Virus record (IMG/VR): IMGVR_UViG_3300048574_000467
Coordinates: 1-49,527 of that record
Length of the DNA: 49,527 nucleotides
Direction: 5' to 3' (one strand)
Origin: a virus
Lineage: Duplodnaviria > Caudoviricetes
Part shown: positions 25,651-34,722 of the stretch, piece after piece
Position numbering within the stretch: position 1 is the stretch's first letter
How the letters are laid out: every line of letters begins with the position of its first letter
Notes under the pieces: generated by a model
What the model was told of the DNA's origin: nothing
Seen by the model: the letters and a program-made list of their open reading frames with translations, nothing else
Databases searched by the model: none
Program-made: the position numbers and the translations under genes

Positions 25651-26883
25651 GGGCATCCGCACGACCTGCCACTGGCCGCCCTTGACCATGCCGGCGATGC
25701 TTTCGGCGCTGACCCGAAACGCGCTGACCACCTGATTGAGGGAGCGCGCGTCGGGCGCGCCGGCAAATTCGACGGCCGCCTTGGCCGGGCCTGTTCCGTC
25801 GGCCACGAAGATCAGGTGCCCGTTGGCGCTGTCCAAGTACACACCCGACGGGCTGCGCACGAGGTCCGGCAGGGCGCGCCATTCGGCAACCGTCAGCGCG
25901 TCTTGTTGCGCCAGGTGGCGGCGCTCCTTGGCGCCGACCACCAGCCGGTCGAACACCGCGATCTCGGCCGAGTCCGGCAGCGCGTGCCCGGCCGCCGCCA
26001 GCGCGTCGAGGTCTGCGCGCGTCAGGGCGCCGACGACCGCACTGCGCCCGCGCGGCAGCGGGTCGGCCAGCCAAGTGTCGAGCGTGTCCCACCAGGCCGC
26101 CTCGCGCTCCATCGCGAGCACGGGCTCGAGCGCCTTCCACATCTCGGCGCCGATCGGCGCGTCGAGCTTGATCAGCTTGGCGTCGATCAGCTCGCGCAGC
26201 GGTGTTGCCGCGTTCGCCCCCGGCTGGTAGTCGAAGCCCTTGTCGATGCCGATGGGCGCGCCGGTGGCGGGGTTGACCCTGTCCCAGCCGGCCGGCGGCG
26301 CGGTCTTGGCGCCGGGCTCGGGGGCGGCGGCGGCGAAGACCTTGCACGAGCACCCCCAGCCGTTGGGCGGGAAGTGCGACTTCCAGAAAGCGTGGTCCTG
26401 CGGCAGCGTCAGGCCGTCCCAGGCCAGGTGCTGCGGGCGCGGGTTCAACACGCCGTCGGCGTGGCGGTAGCGCCAGTACGGCATGAGCTTCGTGAACTCG
26501 GGGTCGGTGAGCTGGCGATACCGGCCCGCGGCGTAGCTCGTCGCCATGTTGGTCTGGTAGATGACGCGGGTGCGCCAGGCCTCGCCGACGGCCGAGCCCT
26601 CGCCCGTCCAGCCGGTCCAGCCGTGCTTGTGGACGAGGACCTTGAAGTTCTTGCGAAATGCCGCCAGCCCTTCGCCGGCCGCGGCGCGCTCGACGGCGGT
26701 GTGCAGATCGGCCAGCAGATCGGCCTTGGCGGCACCGGCGACGATGAAGGCGCGGTCGTGCGCGCCGCGCGCGATGTCGTCCCACTGTTCGGTGGGCAGG
26801 TTCAGCTTGCGGCGCAGGAAGTCGATCTGTTCGGCGAACGGGGTGCCGAGGCCGACCTGGAACTGGGGCGGTTTGGCGCTCAT
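25642..26883 (-). CDS. MuF (gpF) minor head protein with C-terminal putative PBECR-like nuclease domain
   Basis: MuF motifs IYQTN..TSYAAGR, PRPQHLAWDG, FPPNGWGCSC, GIDKGFDYQPG; extension of about 170 aa with RH, LP...P..VY.D, VVSAFRV. MuF call is strong, nuclease call is inference. Confidence 0.8.
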   Translation of the reverse strand: MSAKPPQFQVGLGTPFAEQIDFLRRKLNLPTEQWDDIARGAHDRAFIVAGAAKADLLADLHTAVERAAAGEGLAAFRKNFKVLVHKHGWTGWTGEGSAVGEAWRTRVIYQTNMATSYAAGRYRQLTDPEFTKLMPYWRYRHADGVLNPRPQHLAWDGLTLPQDHAFWKSHFPPNGWGCSCKVFAAAAPEPGAKTAPPAGWDRVNPATGAPIGIDKGFDYQPGANAATPLRELIDAKLIKLDAPIGAEMWKALEPVLAMEREAAWWDTLDTWLADPLPRGRSAVVGALTRADLDALAAAGHALPDSAEIAVFDRLVVGAKERRHLAQQDALTVAEWRALPDLVRSPSGVYLDSANGHLIFVADGTGPAKAAVEFAGAPDARSLNQVVSAFRVSAESIAGMVKGGQWQVVRMPGA

Positions 26884-27052
26884 TTGGCCGGCTTTTGGCG
26901 CCGCACGCCAAAACGCAGGGCGCCCCCGGACCACGGAATGCCCGCAACCCGCGTAACTTTCGCTTGTGCCGCGTTAACGCAAGCGCGCTGCGGGGTAGGG
27001 TGCCTGAAAGAGTTTCGGCGCGTCTGAGCGCGTTTTGCGAGGCCGGTCACTC

Positions 27053-27127
27053 GGCCGAGCGCCGGGCTGCCCCAAGCCGGCCGAGATCCCCTCGGGGGAT
27101 GCGAGCGAAGCGAGCTGGGGGCCGTCA
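27053..27127. repeat. REP-like palindromic element, copy 1
   Basis: GGCCGAGCGCCGGGCTGCCCCAAGCCGGCCG..TCCCCTCGGGGG...GGGGCCGTCA; homologous to 42099-42179. Confidence 0.75.
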
Positions 27128-27388
27128 TCCCGCGCTCCGGCGCCTGCGGCGCTCCCAGTCGGCGCCGAAGGCGGTTTTCAGCAGCCCGGCGGCGGCTTCG
27201 CCCTCGCTGCGCGCGACGCCCGCGAAGTAGTTACGCCGGCCGTGCAGGTCGAGCCGGCGCAGGTTGGCAAGGTGGCGCGCCTGCGTGCGCGCGGCCTCGA
27301 TTTCGGCCAAGCGCGGGTCGTCCGCGGGCACGGTCTGCACGCGGCCGTCGAGCCACGTGACGACGGTGCCGGGCTCGGCGTTGCTCAC
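27125..27388 (-). CDS. hypothetical protein
   Basis: 87 aa, GTGA overlap with portal stop. Confidence 0.6.
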   Translation of the reverse strand: MSNAEPGTVVTWLDGRVQTVPADDPRLAEIEAARTQARHLANLRRLDLHGRRNYFAGVARSEGEAAAGLLKTAFGADWERRRRRSAG

Positions 27389-28938
27389 GGCCGGGATTCC
27401 TGGCGCGCGTCGGCCATGCCCTTGAGCTCGGCGAGGGCGAAGGCGGCGGCCATGAGCTTGACGAGTTCGGCGTCGTCGAGGCCGCCGTAGGCGGCGGTGA
27501 TGGCGCGCTGCGCGGCGGCGAGGTCGGGCGCCTGCTCGACGATCGCCTGCACCTGGGCGGCGATGGCGTCCCAGGCGGGGGCGGCGGCTTGCTCGAGGGC
27601 GGATTGCTCGGCGGCGGTGGGGTCTTCGGCTTCGGCCTCGGCGGCGAGGGCGGCTTCGGCGACAACCGAAGGTTGCGGCGCAGGCTCACTTCGCGCAGCG
27701 AAGTTAAGACGCGAAGCGTCGGCCGCAGCCAAGGCAGCCGCACCCTCACCCCGGCCCTCTCCCGCGGGCGGGAGAGGGGGAGAGATGGGGGCCTCGGGTG
27801 CGGCGAGGTCGCCTTCCTGGTAGCCGTAGGCGCGCATCCAGTAGGCGTTGGTGAATCTTGCGCCGGCGTCGTAGTTGCTCTTGTCGCGCTTGGCCTGCAG
27901 GTCGTCCTGCGCCTCCTGGTCCCAGAAGCTGAAGACGGGCGGCTCGGCGCCGGGCCAGTTCAGCTCGACCATCCAGCCGATCAACTGGTTGATGGCGGCG
28001 GCGACGATCTCGGCGTCGCCGTCGCGCAGGTCGGCCGCCACGTCCAGGCCGGCGTAGGCGCTGGCCTTGCCGGCATCCTTCTCGATGCTCTGGTTGGTGC
28101 CGGTGAGGACGATGCTGATCTCGCCGCGGCAGTGCAGCGCAAGGCGCTCGTACAGGTCGGCGCTGGCCGTCTTGCCTGCGGCCCCGAGGATCTCGACGCT
28201 GCCGTCGTCCGGGATCACGGCCACCGCGTCTTGCAGCATGTCGGACAGCGCCTGCAGCATCTTCGCGCGCTCGGACTCTTCGGCGCCGCGCGGCAGCTTG
28301 CCGTAGGCGAACGCGCCGCCGTACTTCTCGGCAAACGTGAGCCAGAAGCGCAAGCCGCCCTTCTTGAAGATGACGGGCCAGTAGCACAGCGCCAGGTCGG
28401 CGAAGCCGTAGGGGTTCTGGTAGCTCGGGTCCTGACGCGGCAGCAGGAACTTGCGCTCGGGCAGCTCTTCGCCCCAGATCGGCTGCGCCTTGGTCTTGAA
28501 GCGCAGCCGCGCCTCGGCGTCGAAGGTGAACCACTCGGGCGGCTTGGCCTGCACGTCGGCGGGGACGATGCCGCCCGGGCCGGGGCGCCAGTCGATCTCC
28601 ATTGGGCAGTAGCCGTAGAGCACGGCATCGAGCGCCTGGCCGAAGATGCGCTGCAGGTCGAGCGCGCCGAGCGCGTCTTCGACCGCCTTGTTGACGCGGC
28701 TCCTGGCGCGGCCGCGGTCGAGCCCCCACTCCAGGGCCTTGACGGCGCTCTTCCTGCGCCGGATGCAGGCGCCGACGTGGCTGTCGCGCGCGATGTCCTT
28801 GTAGACCTTGATGTCGCGGCCGAGCTGCTTCAGGAGCGGGTCGGGGTTGGGCAGCCACTGGCCCATGACGCTGAAGTCCAGCGCCGCCATGCGGGTGGCG
28901 ATCTCGCCGCCGGTGAGGATGCCGCGGGGGTTTGCCAT
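27385..28938 (-). CDS. portal protein (DUF935, Mu gp29-like)
   Basis: LPNPDPLLK, DSHV.ACI..RK, DAVLYGY, NPYG, W..FAEKYG. Confidence 0.92.
   Translation of the reverse strand: MANPRGILTGGEIATRMAALDFSVMGQWLPNPDPLLKQLGRDIKVYKDIARDSHVGACIRRRKSAVKALEWGLDRGRARSRVNKAVEDALGALDLQRIFGQALDAVLYGYCPMEIDWRPGPGGIVPADVQAKPPEWFTFDAEARLRFKTKAQPIWGEELPERKFLLPRQDPSYQNPYGFADLALCYWPVIFKKGGLRFWLTFAEKYGGAFAYGKLPRGAEESERAKMLQALSDMLQDAVAVIPDDGSVEILGAAGKTASADLYERLALHCRGEISIVLTGTNQSIEKDAGKASAYAGLDVAADLRDGDAEIVAAAINQLIGWMVELNWPGAEPPVFSFWDQEAQDDLQAKRDKSNYDAGARFTNAYWMRAYGYQEGDLAAPEAPISPPLPPAGEGRGEGAAALAAADASRLNFAARSEPAPQPSVVAEAALAAEAEAEDPTAAEQSALEQAAAPAWDAIAAQVQAIVEQAPDLAAAQRAITAAYGGLDDAELVKLMAAAFALAELKGMADARQESRP
27743..27780. 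repeat. REP-like hairpin CCCTCACCCCGGCCCTCTCCCGC..GCGGGAGAGGG inside portal gene
   Basis: stem CCCTCTCCCGC/GCGGGAGAGGG; encodes PLPPAGEGRGEG. Confidence 0.7.
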
Positions 28939-28939
28939 G

Positions 28940-30571
28940 TCAGTAGCCTCGCAAAGAGATGTCGCCGACGGCGAGCTGCGCGCGCGGGCGCGGGCGGCTG
29001 GCGATGGCCCCCGCACCGGCGCCGCTTTGCGCTGCCATCCAGAGCATGTGCAGCGCATCGGGGCCGTCGTCGTGGTCGGCCTTCGGGAAGTGGCGCAGCT
29101 GCTCGACGAGCGCGGTCTGCGTCTTGTGGATGAGGATCAGGCCGTTGGCCATGTGCGGCTGCAGGGTTTCGATGCGCAGCAGCTTGTCGGCGATCGGCTG
29201 CACGGCGCGCGCCGGCACCGGCACGCCGGAGGCGGCGCTGCGCTTGACGAGCTCGGTGCGCAGGAACTCCTGGAACTGCACCGTCTCGACGACCCAGAGC
29301 GCGCAGCGGTACTGGCGCTGCAGCTCGATCACGTCGCTGATGATGCGGTCGGGCAGGCGCTTCTTGATGTCGGCGCGCACGACGTAGAGCACGCCGGTTG
29401 CGCGGTGCAGCGCGCCGACCAGCAGCGCCGATGGGTCGCGCCCGGCGCCGCTCTTGCCCAGGCTCGGGTCGACGGCGCCGAAGTACACGAGGCCATCGGC
29501 CGGCAAGGTTTCCCAGTACTGCAGCGCGTCGGCAAACGGCGCGTTGTCGCCGGCGACGGGATCGTTCTGGTACTCGCTGTCGAAGGTGGCGTGGCCGTCG
29601 CGGGCGCGGATCTTCATCAGCGCCTCGATCGGGCGCGCGGCCCAGCTCACTTGCGCGCCGGCATCCATCCCGGCTTTGTGCGCGGCGTAATAGGCGTCGG
29701 CCACGGCCGGGCCGGAGTTACGCAGCAGTTCCTCCCAGCGCTGCCAGGCGGCCATGTCGTCCGGCCAGGCGAGCAGCGCCTTGAAGCGCGCGGCGCGCCA
29801 CAGCGGATTCGCGAGCGTGCGCGAGAGCACGCTGTCGTAGTGCAGGATGGTGCCGATGTAGACGACGTCGAACTTGGCGCCGGCGCCGCCGAGCGGCAGC
29901 ACGGTCTTGGCGAGCCACGCCTGCAGCTTGTCGCGCTGCTCGGGGTTCCTGACCTGCTCGTCGTTCTCGATGTCGTCGAGCACGCACAGGTCAGGCCGCC
30001 ACGGGCCGTGGCGCAGGCCGCGCAGCTTCTTGCCGGAGCCTGCGACCTGGACCTTGGCGTCGCCCTTCGTCACGATCGTTCCGGCCTGCCAGACGCGGCC
30101 TTGGCCGGTTTGCGCCGGGAAGTCGCTGGCGAGCCGCGGGTTGAACTCGAGCTCGGCCTTGATCGCCTCCAGCATCGGGTAGGCCTGGTCGATCGAATCC
30201 ATCACGATCACCGGATAGCGCTTGCGGCCGGTGACGAGGCACCAGAGCACAAAGAGCTGGCTCACCAGCGTGCTCTTGGCCTCGCCGCGCGGCGCGGCGA
30301 TGGCGTCGGTCTGGCCCGCCTCGGCGGCAACGATCTCGGGCAGGCGCGCGAACAGGTAGTCGTGCAGGCGGCTCCTGTGCGGGCTGCGGATGTAGTGCGG
30401 GAAGTAGGTCTGCGTGAAGTAGCCGAAGTCGTCTTGCGCCTGCAGGCGGCGCGCCTGCACTGCCGCCGGGTCGGGGCTGAAGCCGGAGACTTCGGCCTCG
30501 ATGCGCTGGCGCAGCGACGCGGCGAGCGCGGCCAGGTCGGCCGTGAAGCTGGCGTGGCGCGACTTGGACAC
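28940..30571 (-). CDS. terminase large subunit
   Basis: APRGEAKST Walker A, LRGLRHGPWRPDLCVLDDIEND, AVDPS, HDDGPDAL. Confidence 0.93.
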   Translation of the reverse strand: MSKSRHASFTADLAALAASLRQRIEAEVSGFSPDPAAVQARRLQAQDDFGYFTQTYFPHYIRSPHRSRLHDYLFARLPEIVAAEAGQTDAIAAPRGEAKSTLVSQLFVLWCLVTGRKRYPVIVMDSIDQAYPMLEAIKAELEFNPRLASDFPAQTGQGRVWQAGTIVTKGDAKVQVAGSGKKLRGLRHGPWRPDLCVLDDIENDEQVRNPEQRDKLQAWLAKTVLPLGGAGAKFDVVYIGTILHYDSVLSRTLANPLWRAARFKALLAWPDDMAAWQRWEELLRNSGPAVADAYYAAHKAGMDAGAQVSWAARPIEALMKIRARDGHATFDSEYQNDPVAGDNAPFADALQYWETLPADGLVYFGAVDPSLGKSGAGRDPSALLVGALHRATGVLYVVRADIKKRLPDRIISDVIELQRQYRCALWVVETVQFQEFLRTELVKRSAASGVPVPARAVQPIADKLLRIETLQPHMANGLILIHKTQTALVEQLRHFPKADHDDGPDALHMLWMAAQSGAGAGAIASRPRPRAQLAVGDISLRGY

Positions 30572-30574
30572 GGG

Positions 30575-31081
30575 TCAGGCCCCCCAGGTCTTGCCGAGCT
30601 CGGCGCCGAAGCTCTCGATGGCCTCCACCAGCTCGGCCGCGACCTTGCCGGGTTTGCGCGTCAGCGTGTGCTCGGCCAGGCGCTTCAGGACGTCCATCGC
30701 GACGGCGTACTTGTCGGTCTCGGGCATCAGCCGCTTGGCCGCGGCCTGCGCCTTGGCCAGGCTGTCGGCGAGGCTGGCGACGGCCTTGCTGGCTTCGATC
30801 GGGTCGATCTGCGGGTCGGCGGCGATGCGCTCCATCAACGCCTCGCAGCGCAGCACGACGCCGGCCACGACGCGGCCGGTGGCGGCGTCGATGCCGCCGC
30901 CGCTGACGATCAGGCTGGCGGCCTGGAACTTGTCCCAGTCGTCGCCCTGCGCGGCGGCGTCGGCCTTCCAGCGCCGCGCGGTCGCCAACGGCACGCTGTG
31001 CTTGGCGGCGGCCTGCTCGACGGTCAAGCCGCCGATGTAGGCGCCGCGCACGGCGTTGCGGGTTTCGCGGGGGTGTGCCAA
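30575..31081 (-). CDS. DUF1804-like protein, putative terminase small subunit
   Basis: MAHPRETRNAVRGAYI...TARRWK...GDDWDK HTH; directly upstream of TerL. Confidence 0.8.
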   Translation of the reverse strand: MAHPRETRNAVRGAYIGGLTVEQAAAKHSVPLATARRWKADAAAQGDDWDKFQAASLIVSGGGIDAATGRVVAGVVLRCEALMERIAADPQIDPIEASKAVASLADSLAKAQAAAKRLMPETDKYAVAMDVLKRLAEHTLTRKPGKVAAELVEAIESFGAELGKTWGA

Positions 31082-31084
31082 GCG

Positions 31085-31342
31085 TTACTCCCCCGGCCAC
31101 GGCGCCGCGCCGCGCACGACGTCGGCGCCGCGCTCGGTGGTCTGCGCCACGTCGCCGGCGAGGCGGGCGAAGCCCTGCTCTTGCAGCCAGGAGAGGTCGC
31201 CGCGCACCTGGTCGCTGCTCGCGTCGAGGTTGTGGGTGAGTGCCAGGTCGCGCACCAGCCAGACGACGCTGGCCGCGCTGCCCGGCGCGAACCAGAGCGA
31301 GGCGAGCAGGCTGCTGCGGCGCTTTTTTGTCTTGGCGTCCAT
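31085..31342 (-). CDS. Mu gp26-like small winged-helix protein
   Basis: DQVRGDLSWLQEQG...TERGADV..G. Confidence 0.75.
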   Translation of the reverse strand: MDAKTKKRRSSLLASLWFAPGSAASVVWLVRDLALTHNLDASSDQVRGDLSWLQEQGFARLAGDVAQTTERGADVVRGAAPWPGE

Positions 31343-31349
31343 CGCGGGC

Positions 31350-31682
31350 TCAGTGGGCGGCGTCGCGCACGAGCTGGGCGAGCAGCAGGCGCAGGTTCTC
31401 GTTCATCTGCGTCTGCTGGCCGAGCAGGGTGTGCACGTGCTGGCTGATCTTGGCGAGGTCGCGATACACGTCGGCCAGGTGGTCCTGGCTGACGGAGCGC
31501 TCGAGCGCGGCGCCCAGGCGCGCGAAGTGGTCGTCGTGCGCCTTCAGCGCGGCGCGCATGTCGGCCTCGAGGCGGTCGATGCGGTCGGTGCCGGCCTTGG
31601 CGCGCGAGGTGGCGAACGCGGCCAGTGCGAGCAGCAGGTTGGCAACGGCGATCAGGGCGACGAAGGTCTGGTAGTCGGTCAT
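31350..31682 (-). CDS. N-terminally membrane-anchored coiled-coil protein (DUF2730-like position)
   Basis: one TM then coiled coil; synteny before gp26-like gene. Confidence 0.6.
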   Translation of the reverse strand: MTDYQTFVALIAVANLLLALAAFATSRAKAGTDRIDRLEADMRAALKAHDDHFARLGAALERSVSQDHLADVYRDLAKISQHVHTLLGQQTQMNENLRLLLAQLVRDAAH

Positions 31683-31773
31683 AGTGTGGTCATCATGCTG
31701 CTATCGTGGTTTGCGGCGCGTGGGCCTGGGCTCGGCGCAGGTGACGGCGCGGGTGGTCTTGGCAGTCATGGCA

Positions 31774-32061
31774 TCACCCGTAGCGCGGCAGCACGCTGAG
31801 CACGGCGGTGGCCCCGAGGCGGTCGCTGCCGGGCCAGACGATGCGCGCATGCAGCCGCCACGAGCCCTGCTGCGAGAGGTCGGGCGCGGCGGTGACGTAA
31901 CCCACCGCGGTGAGGTTGTGCACCACGCCGGGCCACGAGGTGGTGGTGCCGTCGGGGCGGCGCACTTCGATCGAGACCTGTGTGGCGGCAGACAGGTCGA
32001 TGCCGCACTCGAGCGCGAGCGGCACGCCCACCTCGCCGACGTAGACGGGCAGGTGGTTCAT
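31774..32061 (-). CDS. small beta-rich structural protein (BppU-N-like)
   Basis: IDLSAAT...VRRPDGT...DLSQQGSWRL. Confidence 0.55.
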   Translation of the reverse strand: MNHLPVYVGEVGVPLALECGIDLSAATQVSIEVRRPDGTTTSWPGVVHNLTAVGYVTAAPDLSQQGSWRLHARIVWPGSDRLGATAVLSVLPRYG

Positions 32062-33854
32062 GGTGCGCCGGCCTCCGGCGGCACGGGGCTGGCGAGCGCG
32101 ATCGCCGGCGCGATGCGGCTGGCGAGCGCGATCGCCGGCGCGATGCGGCTGCCCAGGTCCAGCCGCGCCGCAACGGGCGAGCGCAGCCACAGCGGGCGCG
32201 CACCGGGCGGCCAGGGCGCGGGGCCCTGGCCGAGCCAGATGCCCGCGCGAACCCCGGCCGCGACCGCACCGGCGACGACGCCTGGAACAACGATGTCGCC
32301 GCGCAGCACGACATCGGCAGCGCGGCCGGCGGCAATGGCGACACCGGCTGAGCATGCGACCGACATATCGACTGCCACGCGCGCAGCCGCACCCGCCGCG
32401 GATGCGTTCGCGACATAGCAGCCGACGACCCGATCACTTCCGATCTGCGCGGTAGCTGCCGCTGCTGCCGCATCGCCGGTGGCGCAGGCAACCCGCGTAT
32501 CGGCTGTCTGCTCGATCTGCGCGGAGACACCGTTCGCAACCGCGCCGGCGACCGAACAGGCAATCGCGCTATCGACGCGCACGGTTGCCGCCGGCCCTGC
32601 CGCAGTGGCGTTTGCCGCCGCGCACTGCACCGACCCATCCAGCAACACCCCGGCCGCAACGCCAGACGAGACCGCTGCGCCAGTCGAGCAGTAGACGGTC
32701 GCATCCGCCCCGAGTTGCAGGGCAGCGAATGTGCCGGCGGCTACGGCCTCGCCTGTTGCGCAGCCGATGTAGGCGTCGGCGACAAGCGTTGCCGCGACAC
32801 CCGAGGCGGTTGCGTTTCCAACCGCGCAGGCGATCGTGACATCCGCCCCGAGTTCGAGCGTCGCGGCAACGCCGTCCGCCGCAGCGGTGCCAACTGCGCA
32901 CCCGATGTGGGCGTCGGCGACGAGTGCCGCGCCCACACCGCCCGCCGCCGCTGCCCCGGCCGCACAGGCGATCGCCGTGTCGGCGCTAACCGATGCGCCG
33001 GCTCCGGCGGCGACAGCATCAGCGACCGAGCATGCGACAGCCTGATCCAGCCTGATGCCGGATGGCACACCGGCGGCGGCGGCGGCGCCTGGGGTGCAGG
33101 AAACCGTTGCATCCGCGCCGAGCGACACAGTGGCCGATGTACCGGCCGCCGTGGCGTTGCCAACCGAGCAACCGAGCGCCGTGTCGGCACTGATCGCAGC
33201 CGCTGCACCGGCGGCTGTAGCGTTGCCGGCGGTGCAGCCGAGCGAGGCATCAAGCCAGATGCCTGATCCAACACCGGCAGCCGCAGCGCCCGCGACAGAG
33301 CATGTGACGGACCGATCCAGCCGGATGCCGGATGGCGCACCGGCAGCGGTGGCAGCGCCGAGCCCGCAGCCAAGCGCAGCATCGAGCCAGGTGCCTGACC
33401 CAACCCCCGCCGCCGTAGCGTTGCCTACGCCGCATGCAACCCGTTGCTCCGTTGCGATTGCAGCCGCAGCGCCAGCGGCCATGGCGCCGCCAACCGAGCA
33501 GGCCACGCCCTGCTCGATCCTCGACTGCGCCGCTGCACCTGCCGCCGTCGCCGCGCCTACCGTACACCCGATCGTGATGTTGGTAGATAGCGTCGTGATA
33601 GCCACCGACGCGGTGGCAAGCGCGCTGTAGCTCGTCCCATCCGTCGCCGCCCACGAGACTCTGTAGGCAGTGCTCGGCGACAGCGTGCTGATCGTCGCCG
33701 CCGCATCGTAGGTGCCGGCGCCCGTATAGGGCACGCTGCCCGCAGCGAGCGCTGCCGAGCCTGTCTCGTCCTGGCCCGCGCAGACCTGCTCCGCACTCGG
33801 AAGAATTCCGAATTTATCGTATGGGTAGACGACCCAATAGAGCGTGACGGCCAT
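32058..33854 (-). CDS. Ala/Gly-rich repeat protein (fibre-like)
   Basis: 598 aa with many 26-28-aa repeats xxCxxGxAxAxGxxA. Confidence 0.75.
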   Translation of the reverse strand: MAVTLYWVVYPYDKFGILPSAEQVCAGQDETGSAALAAGSVPYTGAGTYDAAATISTLSPSTAYRVSWAATDGTSYSALATASVAITTLSTNITIGCTVGAATAAGAAAQSRIEQGVACSVGGAMAAGAAAAIATEQRVACGVGNATAAGVGSGTWLDAALGCGLGAATAAGAPSGIRLDRSVTCSVAGAAAAGVGSGIWLDASLGCTAGNATAAGAAAAISADTALGCSVGNATAAGTSATVSLGADATVSCTPGAAAAAGVPSGIRLDQAVACSVADAVAAGAGASVSADTAIACAAGAAAAGGVGAALVADAHIGCAVGTAAADGVAATLELGADVTIACAVGNATASGVAATLVADAYIGCATGEAVAAGTFAALQLGADATVYCSTGAAVSSGVAAGVLLDGSVQCAAANATAAGPAATVRVDSAIACSVAGAVANGVSAQIEQTADTRVACATGDAAAAAATAQIGSDRVVGCYVANASAAGAAARVAVDMSVACSAGVAIAAGRAADVVLRGDIVVPGVVAGAVAAGVRAGIWLGQGPAPWPPGARPLWLRSPVAARLDLGSRIAPAIALASRIAPAIALASPVPPEAGAP

Positions 33855-33857
33855 GGG

Positions 33858-34700
33858 CTAACTCGCCGTCACGCGCGGCCGAAACCCGCTCGACGTGATG
33901 CTGCCGGGCTGGTAGGTGGCGCTGCTCAGGGTGGGCAGCGCAGGAGCCGCCGCACCAGCTACTGCCAGCCTCTGCGGCGCGTACAGGGCAGCGTACAAAT
34001 TTGCCGACAGCCTAGCTACCACATCAGAGCCAATGTCATGAGTCCACAACGCGCCGCCGTACAGCGCACCAAACGCGGAGTATTCTGAGCCGTCACCAAG
34101 CCATATCGGGCTGCCTATCGGCTCCATGTAGATCGTTGTGGGCGGGAATGTGCCTCCGCTGGTCGTCGTCGGCGACTGGAGCCTGCCATTACAGTAGACC
34201 TGTACGCCGCTGCCAGCGACAAGGCGCATCGACCAAGTGTTCGTTTCGCCGTCTGTGTTGGCATATTCCTGCTGCCACGGCGTGGCGACCTGCGACTCAC
34301 GCAAATACAGCACCACTTTGCCTGGAGCCGCGTGGATCGAGAAGCGAGTCGCCGCTGCGTTCTCTCCGCATAACGCAAGTCGGCCTATATATGTGCTCTT
34401 CACAGTGCGCGCGAACCGGAACGCTGCGCACACCACAGGCGCCGGCCCATTGCATGCCCCGATGACCCACCGGCCTAGTCGATCAGCGCCATCGCCACCC
34501 CGCCCGTACAGGTAAATGCCGTCCCGGTACGGCACAGTCGCCGTCACTTGCTCTGATACAGGTATCCGCCCATGACGGTCACGCATCACTCCGCTGCCGG
34601 TATTGACAAAGGCTGCTGCCGATCGGGCAAGCGACGACATGGTTGCAGCCGACAGTGGCTGCCTGCTCCACGCTCTGCGCAAAATCGTCATCTGTGCCAC
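33858..34700 (-). CDS. putative LamG/concanavalin-like carbohydrate-binding protein
   Basis: VQVYCNG, IWLGD, GALW...L.ANLY pattern; visibly lower GC. Confidence 0.55.
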   Translation of the reverse strand: MAQMTILRRAWSRQPLSAATMSSLARSAAAFVNTGSGVMRDRHGRIPVSEQVTATVPYRDGIYLYGRGGDGADRLGRWVIGACNGPAPVVCAAFRFARTVKSTYIGRLALCGENAAATRFSIHAAPGKVVLYLRESQVATPWQQEYANTDGETNTWSMRLVAGSGVQVYCNGRLQSPTTTSGGTFPPTTIYMEPIGSPIWLGDGSEYSAFGALYGGALWTHDIGSDVVARLSANLYAALYAPQRLAVAGAAAPALPTLSSATYQPGSITSSGFRPRVTAS

Positions 34701-34722
34701 CAGTCGCTAGTGCATGAGGGCA

